The notes under the pieces: generated by a model
Seen by the model: only the letters and a program-made list of their open reading frames with translations
What the model was told of the DNA's origin: nothing
The model's database searches: none
In this document: positions 40,254-54,181 of the stretch, one piece after another
Position numbering within the stretch: the first letter of the stretch is position 1
Layout of the letters: every line of letters starts with the position of its first letter
Program-made: the position numbers and the translations under genes
Assembly: GCF_964204865.1 (NCBI RefSeq)
Contig: NC_135264.1
Location: forward strand, 13,268,001-13,332,000
Direction: 5' to 3'
DNA: 64,000 bases
Source of the DNA: Styela clava
Lineage: Eukaryota

Positions 40254-41537
40254 TGTTATGATGTGATGGTTACTTCTTGCTAGGATATCCAAAGTTAGAA
40301 TGATAATTTCAGGAAGCCCTGAGCGGTATTTATACCTAATCGTACACCATTCATTAACACCCCAACACCAATTTGTGCTAAATAGTACTTCCACCGCGAA
40401 CTTTTATCCACCCCAAAAGGGGTAAAATCATTTAAGACTATGACCGTTGTTTTATAATAAAGTATATTGAGTTAAAAGAATTCGTCAACATGCCCGGTAA
40501 ATATTTACGAATAAAATAAAGAAGTGCAAAATCGCAGAGATATAGCCGGAATAGAGACAATTCCACTAGAAAGGCCATAAGCCTTTTAATGCCTACAGAG
40601 AATTTATCAATTTTTTATTCATTCGACTTAGTCGGGTATTATTTGAATTGAAAGTTAAAGATGTTCAAGTAATAGCAGATTGATCACGATTCTCTTCATA
40701 ACTTCTTAGAAAATTAGATCCTTAGAACTTCGTAACGCTTGCCCGTTTGTTTTGTTTCATTGTGGGTATTTTTTTCAGTAAAATCAATGACCGCGTCGTA
40801 ACGCTGACCACCACAGAATTTCCCTCGCTTTTTAGAGGGGGGGGGGGGGAGGCACATGTGAATTTGCGTCAAATATTTTAATCTTTTTTCACAAACATCC
40901 TACGCGACAAAACACACATACATGTTTGAATAGATATAGTTCGTCGTTTAACATGGGTTGCAATGTACATTCTTTACAGACAATCGATAATACTCATTTC
41001 AACCTCAACAAAAAGGAATTGTCAATTTGATATTAAACTAAAATCGAAAATGTTTTTATATGATTCAAGTAAACGGATTTATGTTTCAACCTGCAATGCT
41101 AAGTAAATTCCTAAAATGCGTTTTAGTAGCATTAAAACTAGTTTAAATATTGAATTACTTATCTCGACCATTCAAGCTATGAAAGTCCGCGTAATTCATT
41201 TCAGACCTAACTTGAAAATGAATGGTACTCACTCATCTCCTAATATATATCAACTGTTTTAGAATATTGTTGAAACTCTAGTTAAAATTAACAAAATTAA
41301 TGGAACTTTATGACGAGGGTCATAGAGCTTATGTCGTTTATTGAAAAGTCGGTGTTGTGGACAGCATCCACAAAAGTCGAAACACTCGATACAAATATCA
41401 CCATCCTTCATCATATCCAAAACCAGCGAATATTTTCAAGTTATTATTTCCCTATTGCACTTTATTAAAGGGCAAAGGTCGTACATAGTCTTAAGCTATT
41501 TATCACCTTTTAGGATAAAGAAAAGTTCAGGTCGGAA

Positions 41538-41608
41538 GTGCCAACACCTTTTCAAGACAGCAAACGGTGCTGGGGTGTTAATGAACGGTATGCGATTAAG
41601 TATAAATA
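41538..41608 (+). promoter_or_regulatory. MLC proximal promoter: T-box-like GGGGTGTTAATGAA plus TATAAATA (equivalents at ~35910-35946, 40327-40363, 45258-45293)
   Basis: The same 14-mer sits 14-15 bp upstream of TATAAATA in all four MLC copies, although the intervening and flanking DNA of copies 3 and 4 has diverged. Confidence 0.7.
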
Positions 41609-41681
41609 ATGCTCAGTTCTCCAAAAAGTTATCATTCTAACTTTGGATATCCCATCAAGAAGTAACCATCACAACAGAACA

Positions 41682-42470
41682 ATGGCAATCGAATTCAACG
41701 AACAGCAAATGGAAGACATCAAGGAAGCCATTGAGCTTTTCGACAAAGACGGCGACAACAAGATCGCTCTCAATCAAGTCGGTGACATCGTGAGAGCTTT
41801 GGGGGAATGTCCAACGAACGAAGATGTTGATAAAATGTTGGGAAATCCGTGTAAAGAAGACCTGGCAAAAAAGATAGGAATTGAAGAATTTTTGCCTATC
41901 TTCACTAAAATTATTCAAGAATCTGTCAAAGGAACTTATGAAGATTTCATGGAGGGATTGAGAGTTTTCGACAAAGACGGTAACGGCACTGTCATGGGAG
42001 CTGAAATCCGACACGTTTTGACAACTCTAGGTAATTTGCGTTAATTGATTTATTCCTTTAACCAAACAAACGTGTTAAATTTCAAATGATGAATATTATT
42101 TTGCAACAACGAGTCTTGATTTAAATAAAACACCATCTCTACTATTTCACTGAAAACTACGAACGAAAATTTACCACAGTTGTAAGCTATTACTCGACTG
42201 AACCTTTAATACTGAGCAATGAATTCAATATTAAATTCTTGATTGTTCAGCTATTCTCATACCAGACCTAATAACTCTGTGAATTGACATGGTTAACTCT
42301 CTAATTATTGCCACTGTCAAGTAGAATGAAAAAATTTTTTTTTTGCAGGAGAAAAGTTGACATCTGCTCAAGTATCAGCAATGATGCAAGGACAGGAAGA
42401 AACGAATGGAAGTCTCAACTATGACAAATTTAGTAAATACCTTCTAGAAACACCACAAACTGCCATATAG
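41682..42470 (+). CDS. Alkali myosin light chain, copy 3. Exons 41682-42030, 42349-42470
   Basis: Same exon sizes (349+122) as the other copies; head-to-head with copy 2. Confidence 0.95.
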
Positions 42471-43978
42471 AAAAGAGAAACGATTTTTCGTGTTTGACTT
42501 TGTGAAATGATATGATTCTGTAGAACAATATAATATTCTGCTATTGGATATTTGGACTAGAAGTTTTAAGTTTTGGCGAGTGTAGAATCCGGACAGGCTG
42601 CTTTGCTTAATCAGTAAGCTGGACTTCGAAAGACTCAGTTCAATTGATTTGAATCTGATATTGGAAATGTACTAGGTACACATAATTGCAACGTTAAAAT
42701 TAAATTTGAGTAGTTAAATCAAAGAAGCAATAGCAGTGAATTTACTCAGGTCAAGTTAATACTCTGATAAACACGACGGAAAAGCAAGTAGAATGACGGC
42801 TACTATAAAAAAAATTAAAAATTATTAATAAACATTTAGCAGATTAAAAACTCCTAAACAAGTCAGGAAAATTTGACTCCCGTAAACAAAACAACATTGA
42901 AATAACCAAATGCGAGAACCAGAGATCCAACGTGCGCCTCGAATGTAGATTGCAGGAATGCGGTTGTAAAGCGTGATGGAGCCAAACACACGTGACAGAG
43001 TATAATGCGTTGCCAGATTTCATAAAAAGGTGGCAATGATTTAAAATGAAACAGCAATTTTTTTGGTTGATATGTCGGATTTTTAAAACTCGGAAAATTT
43101 GAAAAATAAAATAAAAATAATAGCTTTTCAGCTGCTTCAATCATCTTTGGGCACTGATTTAATTTAAAATCAATTGAGGTCGACTAGTTACGAAAAAGGC
43201 GATTTTTTACAAACGTTTTCTATGAAGCTAATCTCGACGCGCGCACATCCAATTGGGGCCGTTTTCTAGGGTGACACTTTTATCACTTCTTTACCGGTAT
43301 TGAATAAAACGCCACTGGGAAACACAATCCCCACCGTGTTAACAATATCGATCCATAGTATGCATATTATTCCTATTCAACAAGACCAATTCATGAACAT
43401 AACTACCATAAGCGTTGATATCTTTAGTAGGAAGCCCAAGGCAAAAAAGGTGAGATATCAGAAAAACACGTCATGTTATAAGTACTGAAAATTGCGTTCG
43501 AACCGTTTTAATTAATCGTGTGTTCGCTTTTCCAAACCCTGACACTGCTGATTTCGATCAATGAATAGAAAATTGTAACTGGTTAATTACATTTTTTATT
43601 TAGAGTGGTGACGGGGGTGAGAACTGTCCGCCTTGAGGTTCACTGATGAAGTATTTTCCGTCAGTTGGCACAATGCCCATTAGTTGGCTGTGCAATTTTT
43701 CAAGTCCAAATCGTCTTTTATTCAGCGCTCAACTTGCTACTCCATGCAGCTGTTGGTGAGTTGCGATATTTACCACCTTTGACAAATTCATAGTTTTGCA
43801 CCGATTGGTACGATTTATCGACTAATGGATGCAAAGTAAGACTAATCTACCACTAACGTCACAATAAAAAAATTCCGCTTAAAAGATACTTTTTTGGGAC
43901 CAAACTCTTTTCCTTTTTTTATTCACCAACAGTGTTTTACAGGCTTGTCCACGAGAATGAAATTTCCTATGAGAAACG

Positions 43979-44274
43979 TCCTATGTGATGGAATGGGACA
44001 GCAAACATTTGTATTTCCCATGGCACAATAGACATGATAGAGCAATTTGATTACGTCGAAGCTAACTTCTGTCTTTATACTTTTTCACCTTTCAAGTGTT
44101 TTCACTCTCCTCTTTCTTGATATACTTGTATATATCTATTATTTATTTTGTGATGAGGCACAGACAGGGTTGTCTATGTCTATGAGACTGGGGTTCGCAT
44201 GGAAATCTCCAGGCTTGTTCTGGGAAACATCCCTTGGATGGAATGAGACAAAAATATGTCCTTTGGACGAGCCT
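43979..44274. mobile_element. hAT-like MITE
   Basis: CAGGCTTGTCCA ... TGGACGAGCCTG inverted ends. Confidence 0.55.
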
Positions 44275-44506
44275 GGTGTTTCATACACCAGATGCTTCAT
44301 ATATACTGGATTTATATACCCAACCATGTAATAAATTTCGATTCATCAAGTTCATTTTTAAGCTTTAATTAGAAATAATAATAAATAACATACAATAACA
44401 GAAGTATATAGTGTAAGAATTCATTTTGTTCAGTATAACCCAAACAAGTAAAAATCCATACACTAACATAAAAAGTCAAGCTAGTTCGTTCTCAACGTTT
44501 TTAAAG

Positions 44507-45175
44507 TTATATTGCCGATTGTGGGTTCTCCAATAAGAATTTGGAGAATTTGTCGTAGTTAAGAATTCCGTTTGTTTCTTCCTGGCCTTGCATCATTGCT
44601 GAAACTTGGGCTGATGTCAACTTTTCTCCTGAAATATATAAATGAATATTGATAAACAAATTGTATTCTTTGCAGTAGAAGAAGCTCTTCATTGCTAATA
44701 AAGATTCCTCGCGAACTGCAGCATATTGTTTGCTGTAAGTGTAAACAATACCCATTTTGTAAGCGTTCGTAGAATCAAACTGTATTTAAAAAAGAAATAA
44801 AGCGAAGTAAAATTAAATAAGTTTACCTAGAGTTGTCAAAACGTGTCTGATTTCAGCTCCCATGACAGTGCCGTTGCCGTCTTTGTCGAAAACTCTCAAT
44901 CCTTCCATGAAATCTTCATAAGTTCCTTTAACAGATTCTTGCATAACTTTAGTGTAGATAGGCAAAAATTCTTCAACTCCTATCTTTTTTGCCAAGTCTT
45001 CTTTACACGGATTTCCCAGCATTTTATCAACATCTTCGTTCGTTGGACATTCTCCCAAAGCTCTCACGATGTCACCGACTTGGTTGAGAGCGATCATGTT
45101 GTCGCCGTCTTTATCGAAAAGCTCAATGGCTTCCTTGATGTCTTCCATTTGTTGATCGCTGAATTCGACGGCCAT
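44507..45175 (-). CDS. Alkali myosin light chain, copy 4 (most divergent). Exons 45175-44827, 44628-44507
   Basis: [25 protein letters not shown]...LLENPQSAI; same intron position. Confidence 0.95.
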
Positions 45176-46346
45176 GTTTTTTTTTCGCTGTTCTATTTGC
45201 TGACTAGACAAGTGAGATCTCTTAGTTGTGAGTGATGCTATCTACTGAACTACAAGGTATTTATACAGAATTGTAGTGTTCATTAACACCCCCGAAAACA
45301 GCTTCAAGCAAAAGGTGTCGGAATATCCGGCGCCACATTGTTAGAAATTGATAAAGGCGTGAAAGTCGAAAGGTAATTCCACGTGTGAAAATGGCTATAC
45401 TGGTGAGATTGCTGCTGCGAAAAAGAACTTTTAATGTAACCTAAATTTGAAACCCACGATTTTATGTGTCATCTCACTACATTCAGTTTGAGCTATTTTA
45501 TTAATAGATATCACATATGATCCTACAGATACATCGCTACTGCAATTTTAAATTGAAGAATTGTCCTGAATGGAATTCCCGATAAACAGGGATACTGGAC
45601 TGATTGAGCGTTTCCGCATTTGCTATAAGCATTGGGTGTAGAGGTAAGATCGAGCCCCAAAAAAATTCAAACCCGGCCCGACTCAGGCCTGTGGGTAATA
45701 AACCCGACTCGAGCCCGATTAATTAACTGGATTTGCAGGCTCGAGTCCGAAGCAAACACGAAATTTCATATTTTACTTAAGAGTATTTTGAATTCCACAC
45801 ATAATTTTAGTATATATATATTTTTTTAAATATATATTTATTTAAAAAAAAGTCCGAGATAGAGGGGCCCAACCCGACCCGAACGTAATGGTTGACATTT
45901 CAGGCTCGGGTCTTCAGATCTTAGCTCCAATTGGGTGGTATGAGCTAGGCAAGGGTCGGCAAACTGCGTCCCGCGTGCCTAATTATTAGCTGCACTCTGA
46001 TTTATGTCGTAACGATGGCTTCTGTACGGCATTTCCTTTGTAGTAAGTAAGCGAAAGCACATGTTAGTTGTATGTAGTTCGCTCTCCGAACGTGCTTTCT
46101 ACTGTCTTATTTGTTATCATCAGTTAAGTTCAGCTTGATATTTAAAATTTGAAAATGGATGGAAAACGTCGAAAAGTCAATGCGGCCCGCACACTACCGG
46201 AAATGTGTATATTTGGCCCATTATTGCATAAAGTTTGCGGCCACAGAGCTATAGAGTAACATGCAATAATGAACCACTGCGCTGAACAAAACGACAATAA
46301 ATCAACAAATTTCCATATAATTTGAAAATTAGTAAACTTAAAATAC

Positions 46347-49300
46347 TCAATAAGATAAATATTTAAGCATCAATAACACAAAAAAACTGGATGTGTAATA
46401 CAATGAACTTGTAAGTTTCCCAGCCCCGTTACGTGATATTGGTTTAGTGGCTTTTGTTAACCAATCATAAACTTCTTGTTTTCCTTGCTTCTTTGCTTCG
46501 GCGCCAACCTTTTCTAGGACTTTGGCGTGGTAATCATTCAAGTAGTTTAACTGTAATATATATCAAAATGATTTTACGGCTATAAAATGGTGTGTAATAA
46601 GACGGTGATCGAGCTGCGAAACCCAAGGTTCAAATATCTAATTAAAAAATTTTCATTTCTAATTAATCGTATCCTACGTAAATATTATCAATTCGCTAGA
46701 ATTTTAATATCTAACAGGACATATCATAGTTTTGGTGCACAAATTATGGCAATTACAAGGACGGAAGCGTTGTTGAAATTTCAATTTTCGACTTGGTTGA
46801 TGAAAAAATGACGCGTTTTCTTTGCTGTTGTCGTGGAAACGAGACTTCAATTCGGATTTTCGATGAAACGAACATTACTAGTGTAACAGGATAACCCACA
46901 AGAAAAATTTCGTACAGATCGGCCCAGCCGTTTAGACGCTACAGCTTCGACAGACATACAGAACGACTGAGAATACGAGTCTCCTAGAGCGGAGATTCGA
47001 TAATAATAATTTTTATAATAACCTACCTGTTTGTCACTAAGTAGGTCCGAATCAATCATTTTAGCTTGAAAAGGAACCAGGGTTGCCGATTCAAATGTTA
47101 AATACTGATATTCTCCAAATTGATACTGTAAATATAATTTGTGAATTTGCATAATCTGTATCATGTGTAACATTGATTTCGAGGTACGCACGTAGTATGT
47201 GTACCAGGTTAGGGTTAGGTCATAATTATATTTCACTTTTCTTATTTTAGTTCTCTTACGAGGTCGGGGACTGTTTGTGTTAGCCAAGTGAATATACCCG
47301 CCTGCCCATAGGCTTCCATATAGATACACATACTTCTGGAGCGCCGATCTCGAACCATTGTGAATATTTTGTGTCAAAAGTATCGAATAGTATTAATATT
47401 TGAACAGTACCTCCGTGTTTGCATAAGTAACCATTATGTTATTCTCGTGTCGTATTCCAAATTCACCATCGTGATAATAACCTGGTTCTGTAATTTGAAT
47501 AGTAAAATAATTGATACGTCTTTCAAGAATCACATTAACGAGAAAACATGCAATACAAGTAAGCACCGTATTATACGGCGAGCGAACTGTCAATAAATTG
47601 CTTAGATTGGGTTTTTATTCAAACACAAGGGGCAACGGCTTTTAAAACAATACCGGTACTGGGTTTGAGTGTAGGCAAAGCATAAAACAGGCGCACCGGC
47701 TTACAAGGCGCATGATCGATTTTTGAGAAGAAAAAAGGTACTCCCGAAGTATGTGAACCAAGATGGCGGACACCGGAACGTAATATGTGTACCAGGTTAG
47801 GGTCAGACCATAATTTTATTCCAATTTTTCTTATTTTAGTTCTATTACAAGTTCGGGGACTAGCCAAGTCACTCCCATAGTATTTGTACCTGGAATTATG
47901 GCCTAACCTGGTACACATACTACGTTCCGGTGTTCGCCATCCTGGTTCCTTACTTCGGGAGAACCCTATAAAATACGGTAAGTTGTCACGATACTCGATG
48001 ATTTTTAATCGCGTGACTTAGTTCTTGTCTGCCGCCATTTTACGCTTTCTTGGTGGGGATGTTACTGAGTACCGGTAACGACAGATTATCAGTTAAACAT
48101 TGGAAGCGCCGTGTGTCCATTTCAAAATTGTTTAAACATGAGACTCGTGATAAAGTGTCAGATTGATGAAATCTTTTAACGGTTTCATATAAATAAAAGG
48201 GAAAAGGCTCACCTATGCTTGTGAACATACCAACTTGCAAAGGATATCCGGCGGCTCCTGACGTTCCAATTCCGGGCGGGTCTGCAAAAATATATTTAAT
48301 ATGCTACAGTGCTTATTCAATCTGGTTCACGTTGCAGCACAATACTGAAATGGTTTATTTTAAGGGCGACTTACACTCATGTATACCCAAATAGTGTCCA
48401 ATACCATGGCCGCTACCATGGTTGAAATCCAATCCCACGTCATAAAGGGGCTGTCTTGCCAAAATACCGATATCGTTGCCATCCAAATATTCAGGAAAGA
48501 CAGCAGTTTCAATATCGATTACTCCCATCAAAACTCGTGTAAATGTTTCCTGTCAAAGTTTAAAAAATCAGTGCAGTAGTTCCTACGTTGTTTACCGTCT
48601 TTCCCCGAAAATAAGACCTAGCCTGAATTTTAAAAATGATTTCAATAGCCTTCCCTTTCAAATAAGACCTAGTCGTCGATCTCGTCCCATTTTCGGGGAA
48701 ACGCGGTAGTTATTTTGTGTTACAATGCATACCTTCTGAAAATCTGATGGTGTACCGAAATGCAAGGTTCGTGTTATATCTGTTGTACCCTCAAAATAAT
48801 GTCCACCTGAATCTAACAGATATATTTCATCCAGTGTAAGATTTCGATTCGTGTCTCCAGAGGTCCTAAACATAGACTAGCATTGTGACATTTTAAATAG
48901 AAGATTAGCAGAAGACAGGTAGACACTCACGAATAATGTGGCAAGGCAGCGTTCGGGCCACTTGCTGAGATTGCACCAAAGCTTAGTCCTTTATTAGCTT
49001 GTTGGCTCCGCCTTAAATTGGCAATTTTATTAGCTCCAGTAATTTCATCCACGACACCTTTAGGAACATTTTCCTCCAGCCAGATGAAATATTCGCAAAG
49101 AGCAATGGCATCAAATATCTGAACATTTGGAAGAACTTTATTAAACTGTCATATATATATCGAGATTTATATTAACAGAATCGGAATAAACTAAACGAGG
49201 CATGTATTTGCGTAGTAGATTGAAATCGTAAAAGTTTTCTCGATTCCAGAAATATCTATTTCACATTTCTGTGCGTTTGGTTACTTGCTTTTCAGTATGC

Positions 49301-52300
49301 ACCATGTCCACAGATGGTGGAGTCTTAAATTTGCACCGACTTGATAAGGCGTTTCGGATATTCGTAGTAAATGTACATTTGGTCTTCAGGGGCAGTGTTG
49401 AACTTAATTTATCATATTTTTGTAAATAGACTGCATACTCTATTTCTTCTGCATGGGCAATGACGACAGCAGCATATATACATATATATGTTAAAAAGCG
49501 GATCCATTGATAGTTTTTCATAGAAGCATACCTGAGCTTGCTTCATCCCCTGTCTTTCTATCTCGTTTTTGATTGTTTTTGGTACTTTGATTGGAGATTC
49601 GTCTTGTATTTGTTTGTCCTTAATTAAATGAGGATGGTATGAAGTTAAATTACGCATTTTTTAAAATTAGTTCAAGATAAATATCTAATCTTACCTCAGG
49701 TACAGCGCTAAACATTCCATACGTTGTGCTTGCTGTGCTCATCCATACTGTACTTTGTGTTGGTAACGAGAGCAAGTCATTCCGCGCCTGTGCATAATCA
49801 ATCAATTGGACACAGAGATTCCCGCAACCTGAAACATATCTTGTATATATTATAAATGTGAACGTGTACAGGCTGTTCAGTACAGCATCAAATTAGCCTC
49901 TTTTATTGGACACGAGATGGACCTATAAATCGTTTGTCATTCATATATTTTTCTTCTTCTTGTTGCTGTGAAAAAAAATCGCCTTTCTCTTCAACTACTG
50001 GACCAATTTCAGTGGTTAAAGGTTATTGTTTTCGATAGAAGGCTATTAATTTTATTGATTTGAAAAATATCTATGAGCTATATATATGATATTCGTTTTC
50101 CACTTTGAAGTTTTGTGTGATGTCACTGATGACGTCATCAAATTGAAAAAATTGCGTGCCATGGTTCCTTGATCACATCTCAGTGATATGTCGGTCAGAC
50201 TACCGGTACTGTGAAAGATTTGGAACTACTTCGTTTTAGCTTTCGTGTCTATATATTTGAGCATTGCTCTCATTTTGACATACCTGTCGGTTGTAAGTGG
50301 GCAGTAACTTCTGATGTCTCTGCGAGTGATAGGTTAACGTATAAACGCACATCAGTTCGTCCAACTAGTGCATATGATTCAAATACAGGTGTGTATGGAA
50401 TATCTGTTCCTCGTAAATTGAATAACCCTAAAATATATGTTAAATATATCTTAAAGATTCACAATATCATGCTGATTTCTTTATCTCAGATGCTGACTTG
50501 TTCTCAACCTAGGGCCAACTAAGCAAAGACTTTGCTTGACAATCCTCGCGTGTGCAGAATACACATGCTTGCCTATATACACAGGGTTATAATGGTTAAC
50601 TTTAAAAATTTACACCTAGAAGTTGCGCGGGACCTATGGTGCAACTCACATGCTATTTCATCAAGGAGTGTTAGTAACAGGTAATCGGCGCTCTTTTCTT
50701 CCATTGCTTTTCTTGCGTCGGTAACTTTTTCCTAAATTTGATTATATAATAGGATAGGGTTTACATATTTAGCCCCTGAGGCGAGGAAAATCGGTAAAAC
50801 GGCTATATATATTTTATGGCGAACCACGGCCTCTCGCTCGGGTACCAGTCCACGTCAAGTGTGGGATTAGTTAGCTAGTTTATTATGCAAGTCTCTTACA
50901 GTGATTACGATCTTTATCAGTTGGAAGTGAAAATACAAAGTACAACATTACCTTCCACTCTTTACCGGCATATGCAATTGGAAAAACAATGATTTCCGAT
51001 CCCATTGGTCCTGGTCGATCTGTCCATATACGATCGATAAGATCCGGTATACTTTGGTTAAAGGCAATTCCCGCCTTACTGAACTCGCGTTCGTAGAACT
51101 GCCACCGACCTAAATATAGACATGGTGAAATTGAAGTGGGAAAATTGTATTAACTGCCGTTTTTAGAAATGATGCACTTGAAAAATAGGCGCTTCAGGAG
51201 TATGTGTACCAATATGGAGGTAACTAATTTTGTTTACCTACTTTACATCAAGTTGTGTGATGGAAATAAAACCTAAGGGCATGGGGTATAATCACTTGGC
51301 CAACACAGACAGTCCCCGAACTCGTAATAAAACTAAAATATAGAAAATCGGAATAACATTATGCCCTAACCTGGTACACATACTACGGGAGTACCGAAAA
51401 ATATACACTTCTTACCTATTGAAAGTACAAACGGATTTGCGGCGACTATTGAAGAATTCTCAAGGGATTGTTCTAACCATGCTTGTATAGTTGGAGTTTC
51501 TGGATCGCCTGGAAATGATCGCACATTTAACAAACAAAAAACAGATTTGTTACAGCTGATAAAATATTGACAAATTTGATGACCTGTTCGCATTAATTTC
51601 CAGTTGCAATCCATTTCTCTTTCAGCTTGTATATAATATCGCCCATCAGCCCACAAGGCTGCGTCTGTTTCTGTGATCACGGCTATACCTTGCGATCCAG
51701 AAAATCCCGAAATCCATTCTCTTCGTTTGTATTTCGGTGCGATGTATTCTGACTAGAAAAAGACAAGATTTTTTAGTATTGAATATAAAAATTCCATGAA
51801 TCGACAAGACGAATCATACCAAATGCTCATCTTCTGATGGTACCATGTATGCGTTATATTCAGAACTTCTCATTTCTTGTCGTAGAGAAGATAATCTTGC
51901 TGATGTAATTACCGTAGTTGGGGGTAGATATATATTCTGAAATCAACAATTTAACCGAGTCTGAAGTTACATATTTTTATTGGTACTCCCGTAGTATGTG
52001 AACCAAGATGGCGGACACCGGAACGTAGTATGTGTACCAGGTTAGGATTAGGCTATAATTATATGCCGATTTTCCGTATTTTAGTTCTATTACGAGTTCG
52101 GGGACTAGCCAAGTGACTCCCGTAGTATTTGTACCTGAAATTATGTCGCAACCCTAACTTGGTACACAAAATACGTTCGGTGTCCGCCATATTGGTCCAC
52201 ATACTACGGGAGTACCTTTTTATTTTCAACATACATATTATCTTTCTTACGTTTGGATCGCTGCAATCTCTAATAGAATTATCGTTCTCCCGTAAACTGC

Positions 52301-52577
52301 GTTTAACATGGTGGTGTGAAGTGGTCTCATCCCATATTAGCGAATCCATATGGCTCGGTGAAATTGGCACGCAACATACTGCCAAAATGGAAACTGGAAA
52401 AAAGTAAATATGATTAAAGTATCACAAAGTAAAATGAGTTATCAAGATTTGTAGAATAAAATTAACTTCAAATTTACAATAGGAGAACTTAAACTACCAT
52501 GCCTTAATCTTGATTATATACCTCTGTATAAAACGGCACTTACCGTACACTAGTAAGATCAAACGCAATGCCATCAT
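46347..52577 (-). CDS. Xaa-Pro aminopeptidase, secreted/GPI-anchored type (XPNPEP2-like), multi-exon
   Basis: Signal peptide ([11 protein letters not shown]...), [86 protein letters not shown]. Hydrophobic C-terminal GPI-like signal after SRNG. Confidence 0.92.
47183..47345. mobile_element. GGTAC...GCGCC MITE (internally deleted)
   Basis: TSD GATTTCGA / GATCTCGA. Confidence 0.8.
47737..47965. mobile_element. GGTAC MITE subfamily B with longer TIRs (further copies at 51982-52216, ~31448-31613, ~55104-55300)
   Basis: GGTACTCCCG(A/T)AGTATGTGAACCAAGATGGCGGACACCGGAACG is inverted at both ends. The 51982 copy has TSD TTTTTATT. Confidence 0.85.
48593..48709. mobile_element. pogo/Tigger-like MITE
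   Basis: TA-CCGTCTTTCCCCGAAAAT ... ATTTTCGGGGAAACGCGG-TA. Confidence 0.7.
51188..51395. mobile_element. GGTAC...GCGCC MITE (reverse orientation); further copies at 56577-56788 and ~60872-61086
   Basis: Perfect 8-bp TSD GAAAAATA. Confidence 0.88.
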
Positions 52578-54181
52578 AGGTTCATCAAGCTTTCTTTTAA
52601 ATGTTAATGAATATCAAACTAACCTATCCTAAAGCAAAACAAGATCATCGGTTTTGTTCATTTGAAGCTGCACATATTCTGTGCTCGCTAATAATTTAGT
52701 CACGTCAAGCCTATCACTTTAATCACGTAATATGACTGCCTCTCAGTGAATTATAGAAATGTGGTCTTGAAATGTGGAAATGTGAAAATCGTCTGATTTA
52801 ATTATTCTACTCAAAAATGAATTTATAATAGACCTTCTTTTTATACAAATATCTATCTTCGCTTAGTCATAGCTTCGCACTGTCCTTTCAGCCTCTCGCA
52901 CAACCGACAATGATAAGCATTCGGCACCTATGCAATCAGCGACAATTTGTGCAAACAGACACCATGCAGATCAGCATGCAGGGTACATTATACTGGAAGT
53001 TAATGTTTAACGACTAAAGACTAATGCTTACTTAGATTGATGAAGTCGTAAAGTCACATTTCTAAATAAGGGTATAGAACTGACATGGGCGAACTACGGC
53101 CCGCGGGCCAAATCCGGCCCGTTGGGTGATTTAGTCTGGCCCGCCTGATGCTGCCACAACCAAACTAAAACCATATTTTGATGTTTTAGCTAAAAAATAT
53201 CTCAAGGCATTTGTTTAGATTGTGAATAAATTTAGTTGGGGAACGAGGCTTATTGTTTTCAGTTTCGCTTTTGTGACACTGTAAAAATTGTTCATAAAAT
53301 GTAACTTTTTACGTCACACTTACATGACCCGTCAGAGTAGGTGAGCAAAATTTGTTTGAATTGTAGCTGGTTAAAGATCAGTTTTCAAGGTAATTCGTTC
53401 TGGATAATTGCAATTACTCCTGCGCAAGTTTGATTTTGAGATAATGAACGCCCGTTGTTTTGAACTGACGGAAAAAGTGGGGCATCAACGATAAGAACAA
53501 ATATACGAATCAGTCAGACCATAACGACCATGCACTGCACTTTATTTTGGACACAAACAAAAGACAATATATACCAATTTAAATTCGGGTATATCGAACT
53601 TTATCTTAAAACTTCAATAAGTGATCTCGTGTTCGTAAAAAAAATAATTGAAAAAGAAAAAACACAGGAAGTTAATACTCCAAAAACTGATTTCACAGTG
53701 TATCTAATGTATTAAAATTAAATGGCTACAAAACAAAGACGAACTTATCTACAATATGTTCATCCGATAGAATAAGATAAATATCCGTATTTCGTCGTAC
53801 AAAATAACATACCGAAGTCCAGTTTTGGGCCTGGTTTAAACTAATATTAGATATTCAGGTACATGGATATTGATTTGAATCGATGAATTGATAAAGCATA
53901 TACCGGTACAAGAAAAACACTATGGATATCATTTTCTAAACTTTGATTTTGGTTGCACTTTTCAGTTTTTGTGAGCAGTTTGGTACCTTATGGCTTATGG
54001 ACATTTGTACCGGAGAAATTCGAAAATTTTGAAGTCGAAATGTCGAAGAGTAATGTAAATTTATAGAAATGGTTCGCCGTAATCAGACAACTATGTTATA
54101 TGTGGCGGGACGTTCATTTTATTCTAACGCACCCGAAAAAAAAAAACGAGAATTTCGAAACTTGTTTTATCCTACTAAACT

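Larger units (their letters stand above)
32856..41532 (+). repeat. Direct tandem segmental duplication, unit ~4.36 kb (32856-37192 and 37215-41532)
   Basis: Colinear near-identity covering the last 4 PYROXD2 exons, a MITE, a minisatellite, one MLC gene, a poly-G tract and intergenic DNA. Confidence 0.95.

Noticed and set aside
39891-40394. N-terminally extended MLC isoforms suggested by the ORF track (also 41643 and 45211 starts)
   Set aside because: The extensions start at non-ATG codons, and the 40394 one runs through the TATA box; the conserved ATG gives 156 aa in all four copies.
35504-45235. Four similar 119-137-aa ORFs (MSDFS...) opposite the MLC genes
   Set aside because: Antisense shadows of the conserved MLC exon 1.
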